From Deltaproteobacteria bacterium (GTDB lineage: Bacteria; Myxococcota; JACRCW01): a stretch of 64,000 nucleotides of DNA. Positions 52,990 to 62,362 of the stretch are shown here, one piece after another. The first letter of the stretch is position 1; every line of letters starts with the position of its first letter. Location of the stretch: positions 1 to 64,000 of the forward strand of contig JACRCW010000044.1 of assembly GCA_016218805.1 (NCBI GenBank). Direction: 5' to 3'. The position numbers and the translations under genes were made by a program. The notes beneath the pieces were generated by a model. That model did no database searches, was not told where the DNA came from, and was given only the letters and a program-made list of their open reading frames with translations.

Positions 52990-53068
52990 GCGGGCTCGCC
53001 AGGAGGCTCGCCCGTGGGGTCCATCAACGACGACAGCGTTGGGAGGGCGAGGCTTCTGCCGAGCCCGC
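52990..53068. repeat. 24-bp imperfect inverted repeat (REPIN-like or RNA hairpin)
   Basis: GCGGGCTCGCCAGGAGGCTCGCCC ... GGGCGAGGCTTCTGCCGAGCCCGC with a 31-nt spacer. Confidence 0.65.
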
Positions 53069-53263
53069 GCCCGGTGGGTGCCTGGTCCGTGCGAGGATGA
53101 ACGCCCGTTTGGGCGGCCGGCAGGCCCTGTGTGCCTCCGCCCTTTGTGCCGATTCCCCGGCATGACCCACGCCCACATCTCCCGCATGCAAGCAGCCGCC
53201 AGCCCGCACGGTGGTTGGGCGCCGGGTTTGACCTCCACGCCGGCCGCACCACAGGATGGCCGC

Positions 53264-54637
53264 ATGACACTGTTTGGCAAGCCCGTGAGTGCGGTGGGGG
53301 GCGGCAGCCCGCTGGTTCCCGCCAACCTGGCCGCATCCATTCGCGGGCGTTTGCAGCACGGTGACCTGGACGGCGCGGCGCGCCTGTACCTGGAAGGGCG
53401 CGGCACGCTGGGGCCGCTGCTGTACCGCGCCTTTGACGAGCTGACGCCGCCGGAACAGCAGGCGCTGGCGCAGCTGTTTGCGCACACGCGGGACTACGCG
53501 TACGCGGCGCCGGCCTTTGAGCGGCTGGGCCGCCGGGCGGAGGCCGCCGCGTTGTACGAGCACGCCGGCGAGTACGTGTTGGCCGCCAATTGTCACGAGG
53601 CCACGGGCAACCTGCTGGCCGCGGGCGCCGCCTGGGAGCGGGCGGGCAAGCCGGCGCAGGCGCTGGCGCTGTATGAGCGGGCCCGCGCGCCGGATGCTGC
53701 GCTGCAGTGCCTGGTGCGCCAGGAGCGGTTCTTTGACGCCGCGCTGCTGTGCCGGCGGCTGGGCAAGACCGCCGCGGAGGTGGACCTCCTCTACCGGGTC
53801 CACACCGCCAGCCCGCAGCGCGTGGCGGCGGTCTACCGCCTGGCGGAGCTGATGGAGCAGCACGGGCACGCGGACCAGGCACTGGCGGCCATGGTGGAAA
53901 CGCTGCAGCACGTCCCGTCCGCGGCGTTTGAGGCGTCCTTCTGCCAGCGGCTGCTTGCGTTGGCGCAGGCGCGCGGCCGCGCGGACGTGGTGGAGGAGTG
54001 CACGCGGCTCATTGGTGCGGTGCGGCAGCGGGAGGGGCAGCCGGCCCGGGCCGGTGATTCCTCGGAGATGCGCTCCGTCATGGATCACCACAACATCGCC
54101 ATGGCGGAAGAACTGCAGCGCCCGCGCCCGCCCGAACTGGCAGCGGCCACGGTGCTGCCGGTGGACCCGTTTGCGGGGCTGGTGCGGCGCGGTGCGCCCC
54201 CGGAAGCGCCGCCGCCCGGCCTGGCCACCGTCTCCCTGCTGGGTGAGTTGTCCTTCAGCGACCTGCAACTGTTGCAGCGCCACTGCGTCCCGGTGTCCTA
54301 CGCCGCCGGGGCGGTGATCATGGAGCAGGGTGCACCGGGCGCCGGGCTGCTGGTCCTGGAGCGGGGCCGCGTGCAGGTGCTGCAGATGGGCACCCAGCCG
54401 CCGCGGGAACTGGCCACCCTGGGGCCCGGTGAGACGCTGGGCGAGTTGTCCTTTGTGGACGGCGCGCCCACCAGCGCGCGCGTGGTGGCGCTGGAACCCA
54501 CGCGTGCGCTGCTGGTGCCGGGTCACGTGCTGGGGGACTTCCTGGCCACCCGGGACGCGGCCGCGGTGCGCGTCTACCGCGCACTGCTGCGCACGCTGGT
54601 GGGGCGCCTGCGCGCGGCCAACCTGCGCGTGACGTGA
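53264..54637 (+). CDS. TPR-like helical repeat protein with C-terminal cyclic-nucleotide-binding domain
   Basis: AA.(L/C)YE.AG repeats; LGPGETLGELSFVDGAPTSARVVA; start uncertain. Confidence 0.8.
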   Translation: MTLFGKPVSAVGGGSPLVPANLAASIRGRLQHGDLDGAARLYLEGRGTLGPLLYRAFDELTPPEQQALAQLFAHTRDYAYAAPAFERLGRRAEAAALYEHAGEYVLAANCHEATGNLLAAGAAWERAGKPAQALALYERARAPDAALQCLVRQERFFDAALLCRRLGKTAAEVDLLYRVHTASPQRVAAVYRLAELMEQHGHADQALAAMVETLQHVPSAAFEASFCQRLLALAQARGRADVVEECTRLIGAVRQREGQPARAGDSSEMRSVMDHHNIAMAEELQRPRPPELAAATVLPVDPFAGLVRRGAPPEAPPPGLATVSLLGELSFSDLQLLQRHCVPVSYAAGAVIMEQGAPGAGLLVLERGRVQVLQMGTQPPRELATLGPGETLGELSFVDGAPTSARVVALEPTRALLVPGHVLGDFLATRDAAAVRVYRALLRTLVGRLRAANLRVT

Positions 54638-54674
54638 CCTCCGCCCGGCACGGGGGGGCGGTTGACCGGCCGGG

Positions 54675-55010
54675 CTACCGGGCGCGGGACAGCCACTCCT
54701 GCGCGGCGGAAGGATCGGAGAACGGCTTCATCTGCTGCCCGCTGGCCAGGGACATGGCGGAGATCACCACGTGCCACATGCTGTTGTCCGTCACAATGGC
54801 CACCGCCCGCACGCGGTCCTTGTGGCGGCGGTGCCAGTCCACAAAGGCGTGGCGCGCGTCCACGTCGTAACCGGTCATCGTGCGGACATCGAATACCACG
54901 GACACCTTGGCGGCCGGCTCCTCCAGGCGCGCCCCCAGCGGCTTCAGGGCATCCGAGAGAGAGCCGGCGGAGAGGTTGCCCTCCAGCGTGATGGTCACGG
55001 TCTCGGTCAT
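54675..55010 (-). CDS. STAS/SEC14 (SpoIIAA-like) small protein
   Basis: VVFDVRTM, AVAIVTD, F.....AQEWL; 111 aa from ATG 55010. Confidence 0.75.
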   Translation of the reverse strand: MTETVTITLEGNLSAGSLSDALKPLGARLEEPAAKVSVVFDVRTMTGYDVDARHAFVDWHRRHKDRVRAVAIVTDNSMWHVVISAMSLASGQQMKPFSDPSAAQEWLSRAR

Positions 55011-55086
55011 GATGCCGCTCACTACCACGCCCGCGGCGGAACGCTGCAACCTTGGCGCGCGGCAGTCCCCACCTTGAGGCGGGCGT

Positions 55087-55599
55087 TCACCGCGGCAGGA
55101 ACATGTGGTCCGGCTCCGGGTCCACGCGGCGGGCCAGGGCGTCCGCCAGGGCCAGCAGCAGCGGTGAGACCAGCGCATCCGCCGCCAGTGACGGCAGCGC
55201 GGCGGTCCACAGCGCCGCCAGGCTGAACTCGTGCTCGGCGAAGACGCGCACCAGCGCCGCCACCAGGACGGCGTGCGCAAACGCGCCGCCCACGCCCAGC
55301 GGCCACAGACGCACGCCGGGCTGCCAGGGGAACGCGTTGGCGCCAATGCGCGCGCCCACAAACAACAAGGTGAGCGAGAACATGTGCAGCCCCAGCGTGC
55401 TGCCCGCCGCCACGTCCATGAGTGCGCCCAGCAGCAGCGTGGAGACGGCCGCGCCCAGCACGTCCGCGCGGAAGGCCAGGTAGACCACCAGGATGGCGCA
55501 CGGGTCCACGCGCACGCGGTGCAGGGCCTCCGTGGCCTGCAGCGCGGTGACCAGCGCCAGCGCCAGCGCGCCCACCGGCACCGCAAACAGCCGCCTCAC
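55087..55599 (-). CDS. mreD: Rod shape-determining protein MreD
   Basis: Hydrophobic 170 aa with LGALMD motif, directly after mreC with GTGA overlap. Confidence 0.8.
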   Translation of the reverse strand: MRRLFAVPVGALALALVTALQATEALHRVRVDPCAILVVYLAFRADVLGAAVSTLLLGALMDVAAGSTLGLHMFSLTLLFVGARIGANAFPWQPGVRLWPLGVGGAFAHAVLVAALVRVFAEHEFSLAALWTAALPSLAADALVSPLLLALADALARRVDPEPDHMFLPR

Positions 55600-56594
55600 G
55601 GCTTGCCTCCCGGCGCCACGGACTCCTGCGGCACGGGCGTGTCCGGAGGGGGTGCCGCTTCGGGGGCGGGGGAGGGCGCAGGCGCGCGCGGGGGGCCGGC
55701 GGGGGTTTCCGGGGCGGGCAGTCCACCCGGGGGCAGCGCGGGACCCAGGAACACGGAGCCCATGGTCTCGGCGGAGCGGATCACCAGCACGTCACGCAGG
55801 CGCGCAAACCCCACGGCCGGCTGCACCTCCGCCGTGGACGTCAGGCTGGTCTCTGCGGTGTGCACGGACACCACCCGGCCAATGTGCGTCCCGCGCGGGA
55901 AGCGCGCGCCCAGGCCGGAGGCCACCACTTCGTCGCCTTCGCGCACGTCCAGCTCGCGCTCCAGGCCCTCCACCTGCAGGGACGGTCCGCGGTCTGATCC
56001 CGTGCCGCGCAGGATGCCCCGCGCACCCGTGCGCGGCAGCACCACGTCCACCGATGCGCGCGGGTCCGACAGCAGCATGACGTCCGCGTAGCCGTGCCCC
56101 GTCCGCAACACGCTGCCCACCGCGCCCTCCGCCGCCACCACGGCCATGCCGCGCTCCACCCCCGCGCTGCGCCCGGTATCAATGCGCACCGTGCGCCAGG
56201 CGGCGCTGGCGCCCACCGCCACCACGCGCGCCGCGGCATAGTCCGGGCCGCCCGGCAGCGGGGCCGCCCCCAGCAGGTCCCGCAGGCGCTGGTTCTCGCG
56301 CTGCAACTCCTCCAGGCGCTCGGCTTCGCGGCGCAGGCGGGTCAACTCCAGCCGGAGCTCCCGTGCCTCCTCCAGCGTGGCCGCATCCTGCCAGTGGCGT
56401 TCCCACGCGTCAGATACCGACCCCACCGCCCGCGTGACCCCGTCCTGCAGCGGCGCGGTCAGCGCCACCACGGCGCGCACCACCGGGCCCGCCTCCGCGG
56501 CGGGACGGCTGTTGGCGTACAGCACCACCGCCGGCACCAGCAGGCAGACGCCCACCAAGAACACGTCCCGGTACCTGGAAGCGCCTCCGGCCAC
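55596..56594 (-). CDS. mreC: Rod shape-determining protein MreC
   Basis: TM helix, ENQRLRDLL coiled coil, ID.G...GV..GMAV, SGLGARFPRG. Confidence 0.9.
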   Translation of the reverse strand: MAGGASRYRDVFLVGVCLLVPAVVLYANSRPAAEAGPVVRAVVALTAPLQDGVTRAVGSVSDAWERHWQDAATLEEARELRLELTRLRREAERLEELQRENQRLRDLLGAAPLPGGPDYAAARVVAVGASAAWRTVRIDTGRSAGVERGMAVVAAEGAVGSVLRTGHGYADVMLLSDPRASVDVVLPRTGARGILRGTGSDRGPSLQVEGLERELDVREGDEVVASGLGARFPRGTHIGRVVSVHTAETSLTSTAEVQPAVGFARLRDVLVIRSAETMGSVFLGPALPPGGLPAPETPAGPPRAPAPSPAPEAAPPPDTPVPQESVAPGGKP

Positions 56595-56609
56595 GGGGTG
56601 TCCTCCTGC

Positions 56610-57656
<1,047 letters not shown>

Positions 57657-58616
57657 TCAGCGGCGCGTGAGCCAGTCCCGGACGTCGTCGGCAATGCCCT
57701 CGGCGTCCAGGTGGTGGCGGCGGTAGAGCTCCTCCGGCGTGCCGGACTCACCAAAGACGTCCTGCACGCCCAGCCGCTTGACGGGGACCAGGTGGCGTTC
57801 CGCCAGCGCCTCCACCACCGCGCTGCCCATGCCGCCCACCACGTTGTGGTCCTCCACCGTGATGACGCGTTTGCATTCGCGCGCCAGCGCGGCAATGCCG
57901 TCCGCGTCAATGGGCTTGATGGTGTGCACGTTGCCCACGGTGACCCGCGGCCCGCCGCCCTGCGCCAGCCGCGCCGCCGCGTCCACCGCGGGCCCCACGG
58001 TGCCGCCGGTGCACAGCAACAGCGCGTCCGTGCCGTGCCGCGCCAGCACGTCCAGCTTGCCAGGCTCAAACCGGTAGCCGTCCCGGTGCACGCGCGGCAG
58101 CTTCTGACGCGTCAGCCGCACATACGCGGGTGACCGGTGCGTCATCAGCACGCGGATCATCTGCTCGGTTTCCACGTCGTCCCCGGGCTGCAGCACCAGC
58201 ATGCCCGGCAGTGAGCGCATCAGCCCGAGATCCTCCAGCCCCTGCTGGCTGTAGCCATCCTCACCGATGCCCACGCCCGCGTGCGTCCCGATGATGCGCA
58301 CCGCCGCGCCGCTGTACGCCACGCTCATCTTGATCTGGTCAAACCGGCCGGAGATGAAGCACGCAAAGCTGCAGCAGAACGGGATCTTCCCGCACAGCGC
58401 CAGGCCCGCCGCCGTCCCCAGCATGTTGGCCTCCTGGATGCCCATCTCCAGGAAGCGCGCGGGGTACGCCTTGGCAAACTTCATGCTCATGGTGCTCTTG
58501 GACAGGTCCGCGTCCAGCACCACCAGGTGCGGGAACTCCCGGCCCAGTGCCTCCAGCGCGTTGCCAAACGCCTCGCGGCTGGCCACCGGCTTGGTGGTCG
58601 TGGTCGTGGTGGTCAT
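57657..58616 (-). CDS. Transketolase, C-terminal (pyrimidine-binding) subunit
   Basis: DADLSKST, GIQEANM, GEDGYSQQ, YVRL, EDHNVVGG. Confidence 0.9.
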   Translation of the reverse strand: MTTTTTTTKPVASREAFGNALEALGREFPHLVVLDADLSKSTMSMKFAKAYPARFLEMGIQEANMLGTAAGLALCGKIPFCCSFACFISGRFDQIKMSVAYSGAAVRIIGTHAGVGIGEDGYSQQGLEDLGLMRSLPGMLVLQPGDDVETEQMIRVLMTHRSPAYVRLTRQKLPRVHRDGYRFEPGKLDVLARHGTDALLLCTGGTVGPAVDAAARLAQGGGPRVTVGNVHTIKPIDADGIAALARECKRVITVEDHNVVGGMGSAVVEALAERHLVPVKRLGVQDVFGESGTPEELYRRHHLDAEGIADDVRDWLTRR

Positions 58617-59536
58617 CCCAGCCTCCCGAGAATCTCCGCGATGACCTGGTTGGCCTCGTCACGCGTGGGGGTCTTGCCGTGCCAGCCCACCAGGTCCTTC
58701 TCAAACAGGGACGCCCCGTGGCCCTTGGTGGTGCGGGCAATGATGGCGGTGGGGCGCGTGGTCTCTGCGCGCGCGGCCTGCAGCGCCGCGCGGAACTGCA
58801 CAAAGTCATGCCCGTCAATGGTCAGCACGTGCCAGTTGAACGCCTTCCACTTGTCCGCCAGCGGCTCCAGGTCCAACACGTCCTTCACGAGACCATCAAT
58901 CTGCCCGCCGTTGCAGTCCATGATCACCGTCAGGTTGTGCACCTTGTGGCGGGGCGCGCTCATGGCCGCCTCCCACACCTGGCCCTCCTGCAGCTCGCCG
59001 TCACCGGTGATGCAGTACACGCGGAACGCGGGGTCCTTGCCCTTGCCGTCCATCAGCCCGGCCAGCGCCATGCCCTGCGCCACGGAAAGCCCCTGCCCCA
59101 GGCTGCCCGTGGACGCTTCAATACCGGGACACAACATGTTGGCGGGGTGGCCCTGCAGGCGGCTCCCCAGGCGGCGCAGCGTCCACAGCTCGTCACGGCG
59201 GAGGTAGCCCAGTTGGGCCAGCGGTGCGTACAGCGACGGGACGGCGTGGCCCTTGGAGAGCACCAGGCGGTCGCGCTCGGGCCAGCGCGGCTCGTGCGGG
59301 CGGTGGCGCATCTCATCCAGGAACAGGGTGGTGGTGAGGTTGATGGCGGAGAAGGACCCACCGGGGTGGCCGCTGCCGGCGCGGCACAGCATCTCCACGA
59401 TGTCCAGGCGGCATTCGTCCGCAAAGCGGCGCAGGGTGTCCACGGGAATGGCGCGGGACCCGGGCGTGTCCAGCGGGGGGAGGGACCACGCGGGCGGTTT
59501 GCGCTGCGTGATGTCCGCAACGGTGGGTGTCGTCAT
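58613..59536 (-). CDS. Transketolase, N-terminal (TPP-binding) subunit
   Basis: SGHPGG, LSKGHA, LQGHP, TGSLGQG, GDGELQEG, TTKG, WHG. Confidence 0.92.
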   Translation of the reverse strand: MTTPTVADITQRKPPAWSLPPLDTPGSRAIPVDTLRRFADECRLDIVEMLCRAGSGHPGGSFSAINLTTTLFLDEMRHRPHEPRWPERDRLVLSKGHAVPSLYAPLAQLGYLRRDELWTLRRLGSRLQGHPANMLCPGIEASTGSLGQGLSVAQGMALAGLMDGKGKDPAFRVYCITGDGELQEGQVWEAAMSAPRHKVHNLTVIMDCNGGQIDGLVKDVLDLEPLADKWKAFNWHVLTIDGHDFVQFRAALQAARAETTRPTAIIARTTKGHGASLFEKDLVGWHGKTPTRDEANQVIAEILGRLG

Positions 59537-60093
59537 GGGGCGGCGGTAGCACGCGGCGGCGCGCCGGGACAAACGGGGTCAGGCCGGCGAGGGCGAGGAG
59601 GACCTGTGGGCCCGGCCTCCTGGCCGGGCGCCGGCCCCAAGTTGCCTCGACCACCCAAGCCGGCCCATGGATACCATTCCACTCCCGGCCATCGCCGTGA
59701 CGGGTTTCCCAGCACGTACGCCGTCGTGTCGTCCAGTTCGCGGTCGTCACGGATGAGCCGGTCGTAGGACTCCTCCTGCCACACCGGTGCCACCCGCCCA
59801 TGCTCCCCCACCATCACGTGGGCCGTGAACGATTTCCATGACTGGAGAATTCGCGACAGGGGGTGTCCGGATTCCGGACGCAGGATGGCATGCGCGTGGT
59901 CGTCCATCACCACCCACGCCCGCAGCGTGTACCGGGTCCCCTCGAAATGCGCGATGGCGCGGCACACGACGGTCCGTTCCTCGTCGGAGAGTACAGCCTG
60001 GCCGCGCGCCAGCCGCCAGGTCACGAAATACGTTCCGCCCGCGGCGCGCCAGTGCGGGAGGTGACGGCGCCAGATGAAGAAAGGGCGTTCCAT
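59533..60093 (-). CDS. REP-associated tyrosine transposase (RAYT, HUH Y1 family)
   Basis: RRHLPH, YFVT, WVVMDDHAH (HuH), WKSFTA, WQEESYDRLIR, catalytic-type Y in AYVLGNP. Confidence 0.88.
   Translation of the reverse strand: MERPFFIWRRHLPHWRAAGGTYFVTWRLARGQAVLSDEERTVVCRAIAHFEGTRYTLRAWVVMDDHAHAILRPESGHPLSRILQSWKSFTAHVMVGEHGRVAPVWQEESYDRLIRDDRELDDTTAYVLGNPSRRWPGVEWYPWAGLGGRGNLGPAPGQEAGPTGPPRPRRPDPVCPGAPPRATAAP
59606..59633 (+). repeat. REP (left)
   Basis: GTGG GCCCGGCC TCCT GGCCGGGC GCCG. Confidence 0.82.
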
Positions 60094-60170
60094 GGCGGGA
60101 CCCGCTCAGCAGGACCCGTGCCGGAGCGGCTGGCGGACAGGCGAGAAGGGGGCTGGGTGCCAACCGCGGT

Positions 60171-60197
60171 CGGCGCCCGGCCGGAGGCCGGGCCCAC
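60171..60197 (-). repeat. REP (right)
   Basis: Reverse complement GTGG GCCCGGCC TCC GGCCGGGC GCCG, one nt shorter in the loop than the left copy. Confidence 0.82.
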
Positions 60198-60200
60198 GGC

Positions 60201-60288
60201 TGGACACCTCAGGCTCCGGGAGCCAGGGCGCTCCAACCCCGGGATGAGCGCACCACAGCCACGCCTTTGGCTGTCCCCTTGAGGCGCC
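60201..60288 (-). ncRNA. Candidate four-way-junction structured RNA
   Basis: 9-bp closing stem enclosing three hairpins, folded by eye; no family match recognised. Confidence 0.25.
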
Positions 60289-60373
60289 ACGCCCGGTGGG
60301 CTAAGCCGCGCGGCCTCACAACGCGATCACCGCGCGGGCGCCAGCGCCCCGCCACAACGACGGGAAGAAGAAA

Positions 60374-60655
60374 ATGTCGGACAACAAAACGCACAAGCAC
60401 ACCCGCGGCGCCGCCAAGGCCGCACGCAAGGACCGCAAGTGCTCCGTGGAGGGGTGCAAGAACCCCTACCGTGCCAAGGGCTACTGCAACGGCCACTACG
60501 CGCACTGGCGCGCCGGCGAGTACGGCAAGGCCCGCTTCAACACCTGCTCCAAGCCGGACTGCAAGAAGCCGGTGAGCCTCAAGGGCCTGTGCGCCACCCA
60601 CCACAAGGAGTGGTGGACCGCGCGGCACCCGGAAGCCGCCGAAAAGAAGGCCTGA
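60374..60655 (+). CDS. Small basic Zn-finger protein, myxobacterial vegetative-protein-like
   Basis: Two C-x4-C...G-x-C-xx-H modules (CSVEGC...KGYCNGHY; CSKPDC...KGLCATHH), Lys-rich. Confidence 0.8.
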   Translation: MSDNKTHKHTRGAAKAARKDRKCSVEGCKNPYRAKGYCNGHYAHWRAGEYGKARFNTCSKPDCKKPVSLKGLCATHHKEWWTARHPEAAEKKA

Positions 60656-60740
60656 CACCGGGCGTTTCCCCACAGCATGATCCGCTGCCCGTCCTGCGCC
60701 CACTGCGCGGGGCGGGCGGTCGTCCGGACGAGGCAGGCAC

Positions 60741-61319
60741 GTGTCGACACCGTCATTCCAGGACTTTGCCCGGCGCTACCAGGAGACCTTTGCCCGCGCG
60801 GTGGCGGGCTGGGACCTGGCGGCGCTGGAGCGCGTGGCTGAGGTGCTGCGGCGCGCGCGCGACGATGGGCGCACCGTGCTGGTGGCCGGCAACGGCGGGA
60901 GCGCCGCCATCTGCAACCACCTGGAGTGTGACGCCACCAAGGGCACGCACCACCCCGGCTGCGCGCCGCTGAACACCCGCTCGCTGTCCGCCAATCCTTC
61001 GGTGCTGACCGCGCTCGGCAATGACATCGGTTTTGACGTCGTGTTTGAGCGTCAGGTGGAATACTACGCGCGCCCCGCTGACGTGCTGATGCTGATTTCC
61101 TCGTCGGGGAATTCGCCCAACGTGGTGCGTGCGTGTGAGGCGGCCAAGGGCCGCGGCATGATCACCGTGGGGTTTGTGGGCTTTTCCGGCGGGCGGCTCA
61201 AGGACCTGTGTGACCACGTGCTCCACATCCCGTTTGACAACTACGGCATCAGCGAAGACATGCACCAGGCGTCCATGCACGTCATCACGCAGTGGCTCAA
61301 CCTGGTGTTCCGGCCCTGA
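60741..61319 (+). CDS. gmhA: SIS-domain phosphoheptose isomerase-like protein
   Basis: GNGGS, H-x3-D, GND, ISSSGNSPN, GFSGG.L, EDMH. Confidence 0.78.
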   Translation: MSTPSFQDFARRYQETFARAVAGWDLAALERVAEVLRRARDDGRTVLVAGNGGSAAICNHLECDATKGTHHPGCAPLNTRSLSANPSVLTALGNDIGFDVVFERQVEYYARPADVLMLISSSGNSPNVVRACEAAKGRGMITVGFVGFSGGRLKDLCDHVLHIPFDNYGISEDMHQASMHVITQWLNLVFRP

Positions 61320-61339
61320 CCAACGGAGGGAGGCGTTCC

Positions 61340-62350
61340 ATGGCGCAGTTTGAGGAAGTGGAGGAAGGGCAGGCCCCCAAGAAGAGCAAGACGCCGCTCA
61401 TCATTGGCGGGGTGGTGGCGGTGGCGGCGGTGGCGGGGTTTCTGGCCACGCGCGGGTCCGGGGCCATGTCCGCGGAGGAGAAGGCGGCGTTCCAGGAAGC
61501 GCAGGACGTGCTGCGGCTGGATGACTACAACCGCTACGGCGAAGGCGAGAAGAAGCTGCTGGCGGTCCTGCAGAAGCACCCCGACCACGTGGAGCCCACC
61601 GTGTGGCTCATCCAGTTGTACTGCGCCTGGGGCGAAGAGCTGGACGCCGAGGCGGACACCTTCCGCATGGCCGCGCAGTCCAAGCTCAAGGAGATTGGTG
61701 ACCTCAAGAAGATCACCGAGACCTCCAAGAGCAAGAGCGCGCGCGAGAAGGCCAAGACGCAATACGAGGCGGCCAAGAAGGAGCTGGATGAGCTGCAGAA
61801 CGCGGCCAACATCCGCAACAAGAGCAGCGTGGAGAAGCTCAAGGCCGCCAAGGACTGGGTGAAGGTGGCCTCCGCCACGGACTATTCGGACGCCGCGCTG
61901 CACCGCGCCATGGCGGACTACGGGCGCATCACCGGCAAGTGGGGCGAGGCGGAGACGCAGCTGCAGTACGTGCAGAAGCTCAAGCCGGACAGCGCGGGGC
62001 TGCGGTTCGTCAAGGGCGTCATTGCCCTGCAGCGTGACCAGAAGCCCGACGACGCGGTGGCGCTGTACGACGAGGCGTTGAAGATTGACCCCAAGTTTGT
62101 CAAGGCGAAGTACTTCAAGGGTCTGGCGCTGGCCAAGAAGGGCGACAACGACAAGGCCGCCGCCACGATGAAGGAAGTGCTGGTGGAGAGCCCGGGGCAC
62201 ACTGGCGCCAAGGCGTTCCTGGGCCTGGTGGGCACGCTGGCGCAGGCGCGCAAGGTGGCGGAGGAAGCGGCCAAGGCCGGCACCGCGGATGAACAGGTGG
62301 CCGCCGGCGACGAGGCCGAGCCCGCCAAGCCCGCGCAGCCCGCCAAGTAG
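61340..62350 (+). CDS. Membrane-anchored TPR protein with coiled-coil insertion
   Basis: GGAGG RBS, one N-terminal TM, Lys/Glu helical stretch, C-terminal TPRs (A...YDEALKIDP.F..A.Y.KG). Confidence 0.8.
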   Translation: MAQFEEVEEGQAPKKSKTPLIIGGVVAVAAVAGFLATRGSGAMSAEEKAAFQEAQDVLRLDDYNRYGEGEKKLLAVLQKHPDHVEPTVWLIQLYCAWGEELDAEADTFRMAAQSKLKEIGDLKKITETSKSKSAREKAKTQYEAAKKELDELQNAANIRNKSSVEKLKAAKDWVKVASATDYSDAALHRAMADYGRITGKWGEAETQLQYVQKLKPDSAGLRFVKGVIALQRDQKPDDAVALYDEALKIDPKFVKAKYFKGLALAKKGDNDKAAATMKEVLVESPGHTGAKAFLGLVGTLAQARKVAEEAAKAGTADEQVAAGDEAEPAKPAQPAK

Positions 62351-62362
62351 ACGCCCGCTGAT

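Larger units (their letters stand above)
59533..60197 (-). mobile_element. REPtron: RAYT core bracketed by inverted REPs
   Basis: Near-identical inverted GTGG-hairpin repeats at 59606..59633 and 60171..60197. Confidence 0.78.

Noticed and set aside
52854..53882. N-terminal 340 aa of ORF 50232..53882
   Set aside because: Low-complexity Arg/Pro/Ala translation overlapping the cNMP gene; RBS and lipobox support a start at 52853
60201..60288. tRNA or tRNA-Sec
   Set aside because: No TTC T-loop, no 7-nt anticodon loop and no discriminator base; kept only as an unclassified structure
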